This document shows, piece by piece, positions 13,200 through 28,700 of a stretch of 64,000 nt of DNA. Every line of letters starts with the position of its first letter. Position 1 is the stretch's first letter. The notes beneath the pieces were generated by a model, which was not told the DNA's origin, searched no databases, and saw only the letters and a program-made list of their open reading frames with translations. Made by a program: the position numbers and the translations under genes. The stretch is taken from the NCBI GenBank assembly GCA_964016885.1, contig OZ024752.1:31558001-31622000 (forward strand). Direction: 5' to 3'. Source of the stretch: Eledone cirrhosa (Eukaryota).

Positions 13200-15290
13200 T
13201 AGTTCCTGACGCGTCTATGGAGGCAAAGCCGTGAACACAGCCCCAAATGAGACAACGAGTCTATTTGATGCTCATGTTTCACTGCCCAACATTGCTCCGC
13301 TCAGGCGACTTCGAAAGGTTTCTCTAAAGATCCCAAAAGCAGCCCGGATGCATCTTCAATTAAGAGGGTCCTGGACTCCGATCGACTTAATAACAGGGAG
13401 TAACTTTTCTTCTTTGCTCCGCTCGGTTAGGGTTTCCTCAAAACTGGAACCAATCGGGGCAGCCTTACGGCAGCGGCTATATTCAAAGTCAATGTCAACA
13501 TTTGGACCTTCGAGCTGGCGCCCATCCCATGCGTGTCCAACTACGCCGGACCCTGTTAACTCACGTGCGCATTCCTCTACTTCTGATGTTAGCTGAAAGT
13601 GATTAGGCGACCGGGTAAATGCCAAGCTAATCAAGGGTAATGTCTAGGCCACTGTCTGTGTAATCACCTTGGACGGCACTCTCCTCTACACCATCGAAGA
13701 GGTCTTGGCCACTCTTCAGCTCAAATATTCCGTGCCACCCACACACCTCAGACCCAAACCTGTTTCTCACCCGCTATATGTGGCCTCTCAGGCTGACGTA
13801 AGGTTTTACCCTGCTAGCTGCAGATGAGGGGGCTGACGGTCTTCAACCATTAACTGGGCAACGTAAGCACTGTGCAGTTAGGGGTCAGTGTTACTGGTGA
13901 GTGTGAGGGGTTCACCCACGCCATTAGAGAGTTCTTCAATGACTGCTCGCTCGAGCTGGCGCAAAGAGATTCCTGACATCTCATCGTTAGGCTTAACATG
14001 AAAAATAGCTTCAGCTGTCTGCACAGCGGCCACTTACTTGAGGTCTGCCTCAGTCGTGCCCCGTTCACCTACCCATTGGCCTACCGGGCATGAACTTCAC
14101 TGCGGATAAGATCATATCATCTTTTACGGCGTTCAACAGTGCGATCTATTGGGTCCCCTCCTCTTCACTCTCGGAGTAGAAAAGCTCATCAGAGCATCAC
14201 GATTCTATTCAACGTCTGGTACCTGGATTATACAATGATAAGCGGGCCCTTACAGACTGCCTGCCACGTTCTCTGATCTGTAGTTCCCACTCTGGCAAGG
14301 ATAGTCTTCGAGATCATTTCGTCTAATTCGGAAGTCGTGAACGTTAATTACGACGTAGATGGCTTCACAGGGTATGTCACGGACGTGCGATCAATATTGC
14401 TTCAGGTACTAGTGACTTCGAATGAAGACATTCTCATTCATCGTTTATCAATCGTCCCGCCTGCCACGAAACCCTTTCTAACTGACTGAACTTGATCGAT
14501 GTACAACAGATCCTCTTCCTGATGAGGAACTGTCGCCATGCCGAATCTTATATATACTTTTTACAGTGCCCCTGTAACTGCCACGCATCTCTACTTACGG
14601 ATTTTGATGTCTGTATCCGGTGCTGTGCTGAGGAGACATTCAACGTTTGGTTTGACGATACTGGATGGCAACAGGCTTCTTTACCCGTCTGATATGATGG
14701 CCTCGATCTCTGATCTCCAGTCTCACTAGCATTACTGGCATTTCTTTTGTCGGTGATTCCTTGTCGTGTCCTCATCAACAAGGTTATCTACGACACAACA
14801 TAGCCTGCTGTGATCGGGGAACGCAGAGCAGCCTATGCGACCTGGAACCAGCTAGTTCTCAGCTTCGCTGTGTAGACGTCAATTCCACCCCCAAAGCAAA
14901 TGAGACGCCATCCAGTGTGACATGAACTCGGACAAGCTAGTGTGCCGGCTTGACCGGAACCGTCTGGCATGTTTTCGCTTAACGCCGTACTCTCGTTTTC
15001 TACTGGTACTCAGATGAAAACCGACTGTCTGCGCATCGGTGTTTCCCTAAGGCTCGGCCTCCAGATCTGCGAGGCATTCAAATGCCGGTGTGGATCCAAT
15101 GTGAACCGTTTCGGTCTTCACCGTGCCACTACAGTACCGGTCTTCATCATGCCACTACAGTACCGGCGACCTACCACGCCATGTCGCTCTCAATTAAATC
15201 AAAGCATGGTTTGGACGCTGCAAGCTTCACTTCCTAGCACAAGTCGGTGGTACTTGACCACATGAGTAGCAGAAGGCCTGACGTCATCAT
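13200..15290 (+). mobile_element. Degenerate CRE-like non-LTR retrotransposon
   Basis: GC-richer island with GVQQCDLLGPLLFTL (~14127), WYLDY (~14218), LRIGVSLRLG...CRCG (~15030) and RRPD (~15270). Many frameshifts and stops. Confidence 0.7.
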
Positions 15291-15321
15291 GATATATACA
15301 CGTGCATATATTCCTATATAT

Positions 15322-15825
15322 ATAATTGTTTCTACTTGTGTATTACTGGTACTTTATTTTATCGACTCCATAAGGATGAAAGGCAAAGTTAATATATATT
15401 CCTATATATATATATATATAATAATAATTGTTTCTACTTTAGGCACAATGCCAGCAATTACCCAGTGCATTACTGGTACTTTATTTTATCGAGCCTGTAA
15501 GGATGAAAGGCAAAGTCAACCTCGGCGGGATTTGAACTCAGATCGTAAAGGGACGTAACTATGCTGGAAAGCATGGCGTCCGACCCTCTACCGATACTGC
15601 CAATCCACCCTATATATAATAATAATGATTTCAAGTATAGGCACAAGGCCAGTAATTTGGGGGGAGGGGAAAGTCGACCCCAGTACGTTACTGGTGCTTT
15701 ATTTTATCGATCCCGTAAGGATGAAAGGCAAAGTTAACCTCGGCGGGATTTGAACTCAGACCGTAAAGGACCGTAACTCTATGCTGCGAAGCATGGTGTC
15801 CGGCGCTCTACTGCCAATCCGTCAC
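15322..15825 (-). mobile_element. Cluster of SINE copies (one partial, two near full)
   Basis: Reverse-complement matches to the SINE consensus. Confidence 0.85.
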
Positions 15826-15839
15826 CATTAATCTCTATT

Positions 15840-16075
15840 CTACGACGTGCTTAGAAGGGTCACGGTGTTTGAAGCAGTCCAGTCTTTGAAGTTGTCGGAC
15901 CAGGATTTTCTTTGTCTACTTCTTCTTCGTCTTCCCTCGACTGCGCCCTGAAGGATGGCTTTAGACAAGAAGTTGTGGCGGGATACATGACCATACCAGG
16001 AAAGCTTCTATCTTTTCACCATCGCAAAGTGTGGTTCCTGTCTACCAACATATTTATTAACTTGCTTCTTGAGGA
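15840..16075 (-). mobile_element. RTE-like LINE C-terminal relic
   Basis: Minus strand reads KLSWYGHVSRHNFLSKAILQGAVEGRRRRSRQRKSWSDNFKDWT. Confidence 0.75.
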
Positions 16076-17380
16076 CACCATTATATAATGTCAGACATGT
16101 CAACTCTCCCTGTCGGACGGGGAGATCTCCCACTTACTTTGGAGTGGGTGAGAGATGTTTTCTCTTGTGAAAATGGGTATAGCTTTCATTATGTAAAATC
16201 TCCCTATTTTGCCTCATTTCTCTTCGTTTTGTGGCATTTTTTTATCATGGTACTGCCCATTTGAGTTATTAGAAGTTGACAGGTCTGTAATGTTTTCCTT
16301 TTGGTTGCTAAAACTAGCAGGTCAAGCGACTACGCTGAAGATAATTTATTAGCTCAACTCATTAGTTTACCAGTTAACTTTCTTTCCTAATTACATCAAG
16401 TTTGCTTGAAACTTTATTAAATGTTTCTTTCCTTCAATTGAGTTATATAAATAATTTCATCGTGAATAAATCATGGCACGATCTATAAAATACGATATCA
16501 GTAACTATACTTTTACCTTATTTCCATTTATGCATTCTATTTCATTATTTTCATTACTACAACAACCAATTCACATTACTTGTATATTTCCGTCACACGT
16601 CTTCAATATCACATCATCATTGCCACTGGCAGGAAACCTAAACGACACAGTCAAATATATTTCTAATTTTTTCTTCTATAACTATCAACGAAGTATTTAT
16701 ATTCCTTGGCTATAAAAACTTTCGGCTCATGATGGCATCAGATAACGTAGCCTTAGAAATTCTATCAAACAATATTGATTACGTTCAACGTTCAGAAAAT
16801 AAATTCTCTGTGACTAAATCTTTGGAAGTTTCAGACGTTAACTAAACTTCATTACCAATCATTTTCTTTCTTTAACAAACGCTCCTGGGTATATTAAGAA
16901 TGTTAACGAGTTTGACAACATTTTCTCAAGAAGTCACCTTTGCCTTTCACCCTTTCGGTATCGATAAGGTAGAAGAATACCTGTAAAGAGAGATGGGGGG
17001 GGGTTGGTGGAATTCTTAGAGCGTTGGGTGAGGTGCCTTTTGGATTCAGCTTTTCAAATTCTGAGTTCTAATCCCTGCTATGACATAGTTGGGTGGAACA
17101 TACAATCCGTTACCCTGTTTTACAAAACAACCTGGCCATTGGGTGACTTTAGTTGAGTTCACACTGTTACAAGCATCCCAGACAAGGTATGGGTTGTTTG
17201 ATTTTTAGAAAAATGTAAAAGGATTCTTCGGCAACAAAATAAGTTTAGAAACCCGTTCTCCATGTTATGACCGTAATAAAACGGTATACAACAGTATGAA
17301 ATAAAACAGGATATATAAAAGGAACGGATATATAAAAGATATATAAGTGCATACACATTAAGACAGACTGCGTACATAGC

Positions 17381-17547
<167 letters not shown>

Positions 17548-17628
17548 GGTAAACAGAAATAACAACACAATCGGTACAGTATAGGGAAGGAATATATTAG
17601 GTTAACACTTAGAATAACAGGAAGAGGG

Positions 17629-17664
17629 TCTTAACGTTTCGGACGCTAGTCCTTCACCAGAAGA
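17629..17664 (-). ncRNA. Hammerhead motif with mutated core (family B, element ~17541-17755)
   Basis: Reverse complement: tctt CTGGTGA a ggac tagc gtcc GAAA cg TT aaga. Confidence 0.65.
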
Positions 17665-19236
17665 AAGAATGAGAAATAAGATAGATTGAAGGGACGGGCG
17701 GGTTGGAATTGGAAAATTATGTCTTTAGATAAAAATACCAGGCCCATTCATGTTGGCATCACTTGAAATATGTGTGTGTGTGTGTGTGTCTGTCTGTGTC
17801 TGTGTCTGTGTGTGTGTGTGTAAGAAGGCGTGTAGGGGAAATCAGCTGTCCAGCAGATGTTAAAGATTAGAGCGAAAAGAACAATTATGCGGAGCTATTG
17901 ATGAATCTGCAGATACCCTAACCCTAACTATAGGTTAGGTACCTGAGATCATCGGGGGTTTGGCATCTGTTACTAGAAATTTAGCATGTACTAACTGCGT
18001 ATAAACAGGTATAGAAATGCATGTGTACACATATAACTCAACACATACAGATCTACATATGCAATAGCATCCATACCTGCACATACACAAATAAACGCAT
18101 ACATTTAATTAATTCTATCGTACAATGCCTGAGCGTGAAGATATTTTTTAAAGTGAGGAAAGACTGTGCACTGAGCCAATCCCACTCTCTGAGCGACAGT
18201 AGCTATAACCCGAAAAGAAGAAAAGATCAACATCATCGGTAACTACTGAGCCGCACGTTTTATGTCGGAGTTATCCCAGTTTCCTGAATTGCCTTCTCCT
18301 AGAATTGCCTTCTCCTGACAAAGGTTAGGGGTCCTTCAATCCCAGTGGTTTAACCGCGTGGTACATGTCTATATACATATTTACACACTGTCGGATGACC
18401 AATCTTGTTTCTATGTTAGTAACCGGCTTCCTCTCTTTTGTTGAAAAATTATCGATAGTAAGGCCAACAGTTTTCGTGGAGCAGAAAATCGATTGAATCG
18501 ACTCCAGTGTATTACTGGTAGTTTATATTATCGAGCCCGTAAGGATGAAAGGCAAAGCTAACCCCGATGCGAGTTGAACTCAGAAGAACATATATATTTC
18601 TCTTACACAATTTCTCTTTATTTCTCCGATAGTACAGTTACAGAACTGTTTTTTTATCTGAGTGTCTTAGTCCAAACACAAAGCAATTGAGATTGACCTA
18701 AGAGTGAGGGGCATATATCGACGACTGAATTTACACAAATCTATTGAATTTATTGTATGTACTGTTGTGGTAATTGAACATGGAACTATACACCAGCTTG
18801 GTTGATTTAACACTTAGTAACTTTAAATTACAAGGTTATCTATTGATCTTTTCTTTTAGTTTTTCCTTATTTCTTTTGATTGGCATTTTAACAAAACGAG
18901 TTCAAAGGAAACTACGTTAAAAGATGGACTGTTTGTATTATTCTAATGGGCATGTTTCATGGCTGAATCAGAAATACAATTCAACAAAGGTAATTCTATG
19001 CTGATTAACCAGTTAGCAGGGTTTATTGAAGGTTTTGTTGGTCTCTATTCAAGCGTATCACTAATTAAATAACGAACCATTTAGATGTCATTTAGACTGG
19101 CTCCAGATTACTCTCAAACATTATTTACGCTTGATTACATTTCTTCACTTTGGTATTGGAACTTATTGGCAAAAATCAAATTCTGAGAAGTTAGCTAGAT
19201 ATAAAATCTTTATATATTTATATATATATATATATA

Positions 19237-19435
19237 TAGGGAAAGGTATGACCCCGACGGCAGAGCTCAAGCCGTTTCGACGGCTATTTCTGGACTGTCC
19301 AGAAATAGCCGTCGAAACGGCTTGAGCTCTGCCGTCGGGGTCATACCTTTTCCTATTACCCACTCTACTACCCTAAGTATTGAGTACTCTGGTGCGTTAT
19401 GGTCCATCTGGTTCCTTACCACAATTCCTTCGTTA
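19237..19435 (+). mobile_element. Fold-back short element, copy A
   Basis: 59-bp arms (19237-19295 / 19297-19355) + ~80-bp tail, inserted in (TA)n. Confidence 0.85.
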
Positions 19436-19573
19436 TATATATATATATATATATATGCATGCATATTCTTACGAATGAAAGATTTCTATTTCTATATATA
19501 TAAATAAATAAATAAATATATATAAATATATATATATATATAAATACAATACAATGAAAGGAAACATAATAGT

Positions 19574-19614
19574 ACAACTGATGATGTTCCAGATGTGCAA
19601 CGAAAGAACTTTGT
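19574..19614 (+). ncRNA. Hammerhead-like motif, imperfect (PLE fragment ~19545-19780)
   Basis: acaa CTGATGA t gtt ccagatgtgc aac GAAA gaact ttgt. Appears to lack one nt at the cleavage site. Confidence 0.55.
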
Positions 19615-19780
19615 TAGACTATATATATGTATTTATATCTGTATTTTTAACCGATGGTCAGTCAATGATAAACATTGATTGCCAAATAAATTAACTATGG
19701 AGATATAAAAGATACAGAAGCGAAAACCAACCAAACACTGAGTGTGTTCTGTTATTATTTCTGGCAATATTATTACAGTA

Positions 19781-19972
19781 TGCGGTGGATTGGCAGTATC
19801 GGTAGAGAGTCGGACGCCATGCTTTGCAGCAAAGAGTTACGGCTCTTTATGATCTGAGTTCAAATCCCGCCGAGGTTAACTTTGCCTTTCGTCCTTATGG
19901 GGTCGATAAAATAAAGTACCAGTAATACACTGGGTTATTGCTGGCCTTGTGCCTAACGTAGAAACAATTATT
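19781..19972 (+). mobile_element. SINE copy
   Basis: Full consensus match. Confidence 0.88.
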
Positions 19973-20022
19973 ACAACAATATGCCCCTCCCCAAGTATAA
20001 CAATATATTTATATATATATAG

Positions 20023-20075
<53 letters not shown>

Positions 20076-20194
20076 GGGACCGGGGAGACACAAATGAAAG
20101 AAGTACTCTATACATGGTACGATACAGAGTAGGTATATCAGTAAAAGTGGAGGGCCGACCGCGATCTCGGTAGTTTCAGTTACATACATACATA

Positions 20195-20470
20195 CATGGG
20201 CGAGATTGATGTAAGGGATGGCAAGCTGCTCAGTGTTACTGGAAACTTTAACATCAATGGCCATATGGTCTATATTTCTCAGGGTTGTCGGGCCCTAAAA
20301 TCTACATTAACATCAAAGTGAAATGCTCAATCTCTGTAAAAGACACCCCTACAAATGATCAGATTGCGAGCTACTGGAAATCTGTATAGGAAACAAATGA
20401 GTTCAACAAACAACCTACTGCCAGCATGTTGAGTAAACGCAATATGAAATAGATGGCTCAATACTGAGCC
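20195..20470 (+). mobile_element. Older, rearranged fragments of the same R4/Dong family
   Basis: 20195-20300 resembles 22620-22715 (ctcagtgttactggaaactttaacatcaatgg). 20320-20470 resembles 21300-21480 (gacacccct...tactggaaatctgta...atagatggctcaatactg). Confidence 0.75.
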
Positions 20471-20509
20471 ATCTATTTCATATTGAACCACACACACATA
20501 TATGTATAC

Positions 20510-20562
<53 letters not shown>

Positions 20563-20575
20563 CATATATATATAC

Positions 20576-20754
<179 letters not shown>

Positions 20755-20771
20755 TATATATATATATACAC

Positions 20772-20896
<125 letters not shown>

Positions 20897-20919
20897 TATA
20901 TATACATATATATATACAC

Positions 20920-20952
<33 letters not shown>

Positions 20953-20995
20953 CATATATATATATATCTACACATATATATATATATATATACAC

Positions 20996-21030
<35 letters not shown>

Positions 21031-21238
21031 CATACATATACATATATACATATACATATATACATATATATATATACATATATATATACATATATATATA
21101 TACATATATATATACATATATACATATATACATATATATATACATATATATATATACATATATATACATATATATACATATATATACATATATATATACA
21201 TACATACATACATATATATATACATACATATATACATA

Positions 21239-23800
21239 CAAGTGCTAAATAGATTGTTTGCCAGAGATCCTAAATCAGTTTATCGCAGCTTCGGTGGCAA
21301 AAGCTCAATCCCTGTAAACGACACCCCTTCAAAAGAACAGGTTGAGAACTACTGGAGATCTGTATGGGAAACGGATGACGGATTCAACAGACAAGCTAAT
21401 TGGCTAAAACAACTGGAACAGGACTACTGCCAACATGTCCAGACAAAACAATATGACATAGATGGGTCAATACTGGAAACAGCTCTACAGAAAATGTCGA
21501 ATAGGGAATCGCCAGGCCCAGACCTCATTACAGGATACTGGTTGAAGAATTTCACTTTCTATCGGCAAGATCTCATACGGCTGTTTACAGAAACCATTAA
21601 GGGCACACAAGAACTGCCCAGATGGTTATCAACTGCCACTACTCTCCTCATTCCCCAAAATAGCCAAACCACCCTTGCTAAAAATTACCGCCCAATTGCC
21701 TGCCAAAACATCATGTATAAATTATATACTGGGTGCCTTAACCTGTTCTTACAGGATCACTGTGCTACCAACAACATCATAACACCTGAGCAAGCTGGTG
21801 GAAAGAGAGAGGTGTGGGGTTGCATAGATCACCTACTAACTAACAAAATGATTCAGGAAAAAACAACAAAGAATCGCAGAAACATGACTGTCGTGTGGCT
21901 GGACTATCAAAAATCATTTGATAGTGTACCTCATGGGTGGATTATTAAGGCTTTACAGTTAGCTAAAGTCCCACAACCATTAGTAGCTGCTGTTGAACGC
22001 CTGACCAAGAACTGGTACACCAATTTGATCCTTAGAGGTGAGAAGGAGCAGGTTAAGACTGATAGGATACATTACCAGAAGGGCATCTTTCAGGGTGATA
22101 GCTTGTCGGTACTACTCTTCGTTCTCTCACTGAATCCACTATCTTACCTACTCAGGAAACAAGGTGGACAAAGAAGTGGGCCCAGAAGTATCTCCCATCT
22201 TTTCTTTGTTGATGACCTGAAGTTGTATGGGCCAAATATCAATGACATCAAGAAACAATTGGACCTCATTACACAATTTTCAACCGACATCAAAATGAAA
22301 TTTGGTGAGTCCAAGTGTGCATATTTGGCAGTAAAACGTGGAAGAGCTGTGCCCTCCTCTAGAAATCTAGATATGAACGGCCTGACAATACAACCTCTGC
22401 AGTCAGGTGACAACTACAGATATCTTGGACAGGATGAGAATGTCAGATATGATGGACCCATAAATAAGGAGAGAACCAGAACTGAATACCTCAGAAGAGT
22501 AAAAAAAATATGGTCATCAGAACTGTCAGCATACAACAAATACATTGCCCACAATACCTATGCTGTGCCAATTCTAACGCCAACATTTGGCCTACTGAAC
22601 TGGTCATTGCAAGAACTAAGTGAGATGGATGTTAGAACTCGAAAACTTCTCAGTGTTACTGGGAACTTTAACATCAATGGTGATGTGGATAGGAAGGTGG
22701 CCGGGTCTAAAATCAATATTAACAACATATGAGACCCGGATAGTAACACTGAAGCAACACCTTCAACAGAGGAAAAAGGTTGGCGACCATCTTGCTCAGG
22801 TTTATGAGCATGAAAAAAGAAATATCATTAGAATAGCGACTGATCTGGAGGAGAGATATGGAATAAAGCCTGATATAAATCTCTCACCCAGAGAAATCGG
22901 AAGATCCTATTCAATGTTCAAACAAGAAAAAATAATTGACCAATTTACAGAGAAAGTTGTGCATGGATACTTGAGGCGTAAAACACAGACCATAGAGGGG
23001 ATAAACCACTCAAAAAGCCTGGCATGGAGTTCCGACAAGTTTATGACATCACACCTTGAGGGATATCTCTATGCAATACAGGAACAAGAACTCCCTACCA
23101 AATATCTGCTGCACAAAAGAGGAGGGCCAGCAGCTGACAATAAATGTAGGCTATGTAAAACAAAGATCGAGGATGTAAGCCACATTGTTGCCAGCTGCGA
23201 AAGAATGTCATCTCGCTACTACCTCCCCATGAGACACGATGGGATAGCTAGAACTATCTGGAACGCACTTCGGAAAACAAAATTAACAACAAACGAGGAA
23301 GAATATATTGAGACAGATGGCACTAAGGAATACTGGTGGAACCTGAAAATAAAAACTGCCACCAAATTAAAGCACAACCGGCCTGATATTGTAGTTTGGG
23401 ACCACATATTGAAAACGTGTTCTGTTGTGGAGATCAGCTGCCCACTTGATGTAAACGTTGTCAGAAAAATACAGGAGAAGGAGGACATCTACGGACCATT
23501 GATGAGGAGCTTACAAATCCAGTATCCAAGATACACCTTTAGCTTCATACCCATCATTATTGGTGCTACGGGTTATATACCAACCCGCTTGGACCAAAGT
23601 ATGACCGAACTTGGATTTGCGGACAAAAAGCGCAGCTCCCTAATTCATAGTCTACAAATGGCTGCGATAGCTGGCACCTTCAAAATATGCAAAACATTCT
23701 TGCGATTCAAGGGATGACAATTTCTTTTCTTTTACAACCTTGCCACCAGGAAGGTGGCCGGTCAAAAAAATATACTCGAAATTAAGAGAAAGAGAAAACA
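21239..23800 (+). mobile_element. 5'-truncated R4/Dong-clade non-LTR retrotransposon (RT + RLE endonuclease), one frameshift
   Basis: RT motifs ([32 protein letters not shown]) in the frame ending 22732. CCHC knuckle (CRLC...HIVASC), RHD, NRPD and VEISCP in ORF 22620-23717. Frame switch near 22690. Both ends lie in (TA/TACA)n. Confidence 0.9.
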
Positions 23801-23816
23801 TATATATATACATACA

Positions 23817-23848
<32 letters not shown>

Positions 23849-24061
23849 CATATATATATATACATACATATATATATATACATACATACATATATATATA
23901 TACATACATATATATATATATACATACATATATATATATACATACATATATATATATACATACATACATATATATACATACATACATATATATACATACA
24001 TACATATATATACATATATACATATATATATATACATACATACATATATATACATACATAC

Positions 24062-24124
<63 letters not shown>

Positions 24125-24133
24125 CATACATAC

Positions 24134-24164
<31 letters not shown>

Positions 24165-24173
24165 CATACATAC

Positions 24174-24204
<31 letters not shown>

Positions 24205-24235
24205 CATACATACATATATATATATACATACATAC

Positions 24236-24266
<31 letters not shown>

Positions 24267-24315
24267 CATACATACATATATATATATATACATACATACA
24301 TACATATATATATAT

Positions 24316-24352
<37 letters not shown>

Positions 24353-24438
24353 CATACATACATACATATATATATATATACATACATACATACATATATA
24401 CATATATATACATACATACATATATACATATATATACA

Positions 24439-24518
<80 letters not shown>

Positions 24519-24527
24519 CATATATAT

Positions 24528-24596
<69 letters not shown>

Positions 24597-24604
24597 CATA
24601 TATA

Positions 24605-24793
24605 TAGGAACCAGTAAGACCCCGACAGCTGAGCTCAAGCCGTTTCGACGGCTAATTCAGAATTAGCCGTCGAAACGGCTTGAGCTCAGCTGTCGGGGTC
24701 TTACTGGTTCCTATTACCCACTCTACTACCTCAAGTATTGAGTACTTTGGTGCGTTATGGTCCACCTGGTTCCTTACCACATTTCCTTCGTTA
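24605..24793 (+). mobile_element. Fold-back short element, copy B
   Basis: 54-bp perfect arms (24605-24658 / 24660-24713) + same tail, in (TA)n. Confidence 0.85.
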
Positions 24794-24796
24794 TAC

Positions 24797-25103
<307 letters not shown>

Positions 25104-25146
25104 CATATATATACATATATATATACATATATATACATATATATAC

Positions 25147-25346
<200 letters not shown>

Positions 25347-25407
25347 ATATACATATACATATATATATACATATATATGTATACATATATATGTATATAT
25401 ATATATG

Positions 25408-25454
<47 letters not shown>

Positions 25455-25455
25455 G

Positions 25456-25604
<149 letters not shown>

Positions 25605-25754
25605 GTATATGTATATATATATATATGTGTTTGTGAGTTGTGTGTGTGATTGTATGCATGAATGAGTGTTGGTATGTGTGGTTGTGGTTTGTATGCATGA
25701 GTATTAGTGTGTGAGTCGTGTCAATAAGTTTTTTTTTTTTTTTTTTTTTTTTTT

Positions 25755-28700
25755 AAATGACCATGCTGTAAAATGGAGGGGTAGAGAGGGCCCTTGAGTC
25801 TAGTAAGACATCCTCTCTAGTGCTGGTGGCACAAATAAAAGCACCCAGTCCATGCTGTAAAGTGGCGCTGGTGTTAGGAAGGGCATCCAACCAGTGTATC
25901 AATGCCAAAAAGCTTATCAGCACAGCAACAAAACAGCATAGAAAAAAATATGAAGACGTCGCATCTCAGAGTTGCAACACTTAATGTTGGCACTCTCAGA
26001 GGTAGATCTGCTGAAATAGCGGAGATGCTGGAGAGAAGGCAGGTGGATGTGTGCTGCGTGCAAGAGGTGAGATGGAGAGGTGCCTCTGCGAGACTAGTCG
26101 TAGGCAAGCGTCTTAGCTATAAGCTATTCTGGGTAGGTAAGGATGATGGGTTAGGGGGAGTAGGCATTTTCCTGGCTGAGAAATGGATCAATAAGACAAT
26201 AGAGGTAGTTCGAGTTAGTAATCGAATAATTAAGCTTAGATTAGTTGTAGGTAGGAGACTACTGACAATCATCTCGGTCTATGCTCCCCAAGCAGGCCTA
26301 GGCAAAGATGAGAAAGACTGCTTTTATGAGCAACTTTTGCAAACAACCACAATGACAGAGGACGGAGACATCGTTATGCTAGCAGGAGACTTCAATGGTC
26401 ATGTTGGACAGCTCCAGGATGGTTACACTGGGGTACATGGTGGGCATGGTTACGGTTCAAGAAATGAAGAAGGAGTGAGACTTCTTGAATTTTGTGATGC
26501 AAGTACATTGACTATTTGCAACACAAACTTCCAGAAACCTGCCAATCACCTAATAACCTACAAATCTGGTGAGCACATAAGCCAGATTGACTTCCTGCTA
26601 GTTAGGCAGCGGGACAGGCAGATAGTGTCTAATACCAAGGCATACCCTGGGGAAGAATGTACCCCACAGCATAGGTTAGTTGTTAGTGATATCTCAGTAA
26701 GCAAGAGATGGAATGAGCCATATAGGAAGGTGTGGAGAAGAAAGGTCTGGAAGCTAAAAGACCTTTCACTAAAATTCAAATTTAGGAAAGCCCTTCAAGA
26801 TGTATATGACGAAAAAGAAGACGATTTAGAGACGTATGACATAGATAATAACTGGAAGTTCTTACGTGACAACTTGCTGAAGGCTACTGATGAAACTTGT
26901 GGCTGGAGCAGAGCCCCAACCAGACAGAGAGTGACCTGGTGGTGGAACAGCAGTGTAGATAAGGCTATTAGAGACAAAAGACTAGCATGGAAGGCTTGGA
27001 ATAAGGGTGGGAGTAGGGAAGAATATACAGCCACTAAGAGAGAAGCTAGACGTCAGGTGTACTTAGCACGCAGGGAGGCAGAGAGTAGGAGGTTTGCCAA
27101 TGTTCTGCGACGGGAAGATCAGAGGCGTGCGGTGTTCCACATTGCAAGGCAGTGTGTCAATGCAAATCAGGATGTTGTTGGTGATAAATGTGTCCGGGAT
27201 GATGCCGGTGTACTTAGTGTCACGAATGACCAGAAAAAGGAGGCCTGGAAATGCCATTATGAGAGACTGATGAATGTGGAGAACGAATGGGAGAGAGAGA
27301 AATTACCCTTGGTAGATCCGACAGAGGGACCAGCTATTGAGATTGACGAATATAGGGTCCAAGAGGCGATTAGGGAAATGAAAAATGGTAAGGCGGCCGG
27401 ACCATCGGGAATAGTTGCTGAGATGCTGAAGGCATCAGGGGACGTAGGCACTAAACTGGTTGCACGCATAATCAATCAGGCTATATATGGTGGTGTCATA
27501 CCCAAAGACTGGTGCAGCAGTATTCTCATAAATTGCTACAAAGGTAAAGGGGATGCTTTGGAGAGGAGCAATTATAGGGGTATAAAACTGATAGATCAGG
27601 TTATGAAAGTGGCAGAAAGGATTTTAGCACAACTAATTAGAGAAAGGGTCAAACTAGATGAGATGCAGTTTGGTTTTGTGCCTGGGAAGAGTACAACAGA
27701 TGCCCTCTTCTTGGTGAGACAAATGCAAGAGAGGTTCTTAGAGAAGAATAAGCCACTATACTTGGCCTTTGTTGACCTAGAGAAGGCCTTTGATAGGGTA
27801 CCCCGATCTGTCATCTGGTGGTCCCTAAGGAAGCTGGGTGTTGAGGAATGGCTTGTAAGGACAGTGCAAACTTTGTACAGAGGTACTCTCAGTAAAGTCA
27901 GGGTAGGAATGGAGTTTAGTGAGGAATTCCAGATACAAGTAGGAGTACATCAGGGTTCGGTCCTCAGTCCGCTCTTGTTCATTATAGTCCTCCAAGCCAT
28001 AACAGAGGAGTTTAAGACTGGCTGTCCATGGGAACTTCTCTATGCTGACGATCTGGCTCTTATGGCAGAATCAGTAGAGGAGCTAGAGAATAAATTCCGG
28101 CTATGGAAACAGCAGTTGGAAGCAAGAGGACTGAGAGTAAATCTAGCTAAGACAAAAGTGTTGATGAGTAGAAAAGAGGACAAAACCCTGATTCCGTCAG
28201 GGAAATGGCCATGTTCGATATGCAGAAAAGGAACTGGCATAAATTCTATAAAATGCACACAATGTAGGTCCTGGGTACACAAGAGATGTAGCGGGATAGC
28301 AGGCAAACTAACAGGTAGGGAGAAATATGTATGCAGTAGATGTACAGGGAAATTAGACAGTAGAAGTCGCACTGATAGACACATTTTTCAAATGCGAGAG
28401 GGCGCTATAGAAGTGGTGGATAGCTTCCGGTACCTAGGAGATCAGATTAGCATGGGAGGAGGGTGTTCCGAGGCCATAGTATCTAGAATAAGGACGGGTT
28501 GGAAGAAGTTTAGGGAGCTGCTTCCTCTGTTGACGAAGAAGGGTTTCTCCCTGCGTACGAAAGGCCGGTTGTATGATGCCTGTGTGAGGAGCGCGATGCT
28601 GCATGGTAGTGAGACATGGGCAGCTACCGCAGAAGATATGCGACGGCTGGAGAGAAATGAGGCAAGCATGCTCCGTTGGATGTGCAGTGTAAATGTGCGT

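Noticed and set aside
18860-18989. Exon-like segment (ttttag...aag|gtaatt) as a first coding exon of the kinin gene
   Set aside because: No ATG frame splices productively into 38686, and there is no independent evidence. It could still be a UTR exon.
19131-19507. Recurring small ORFs ([12 protein letters not shown] / SSAVGV..) at several loci
   Set aside because: Incidental translations of the fold-back element. No consistent start/stop or coding signal.
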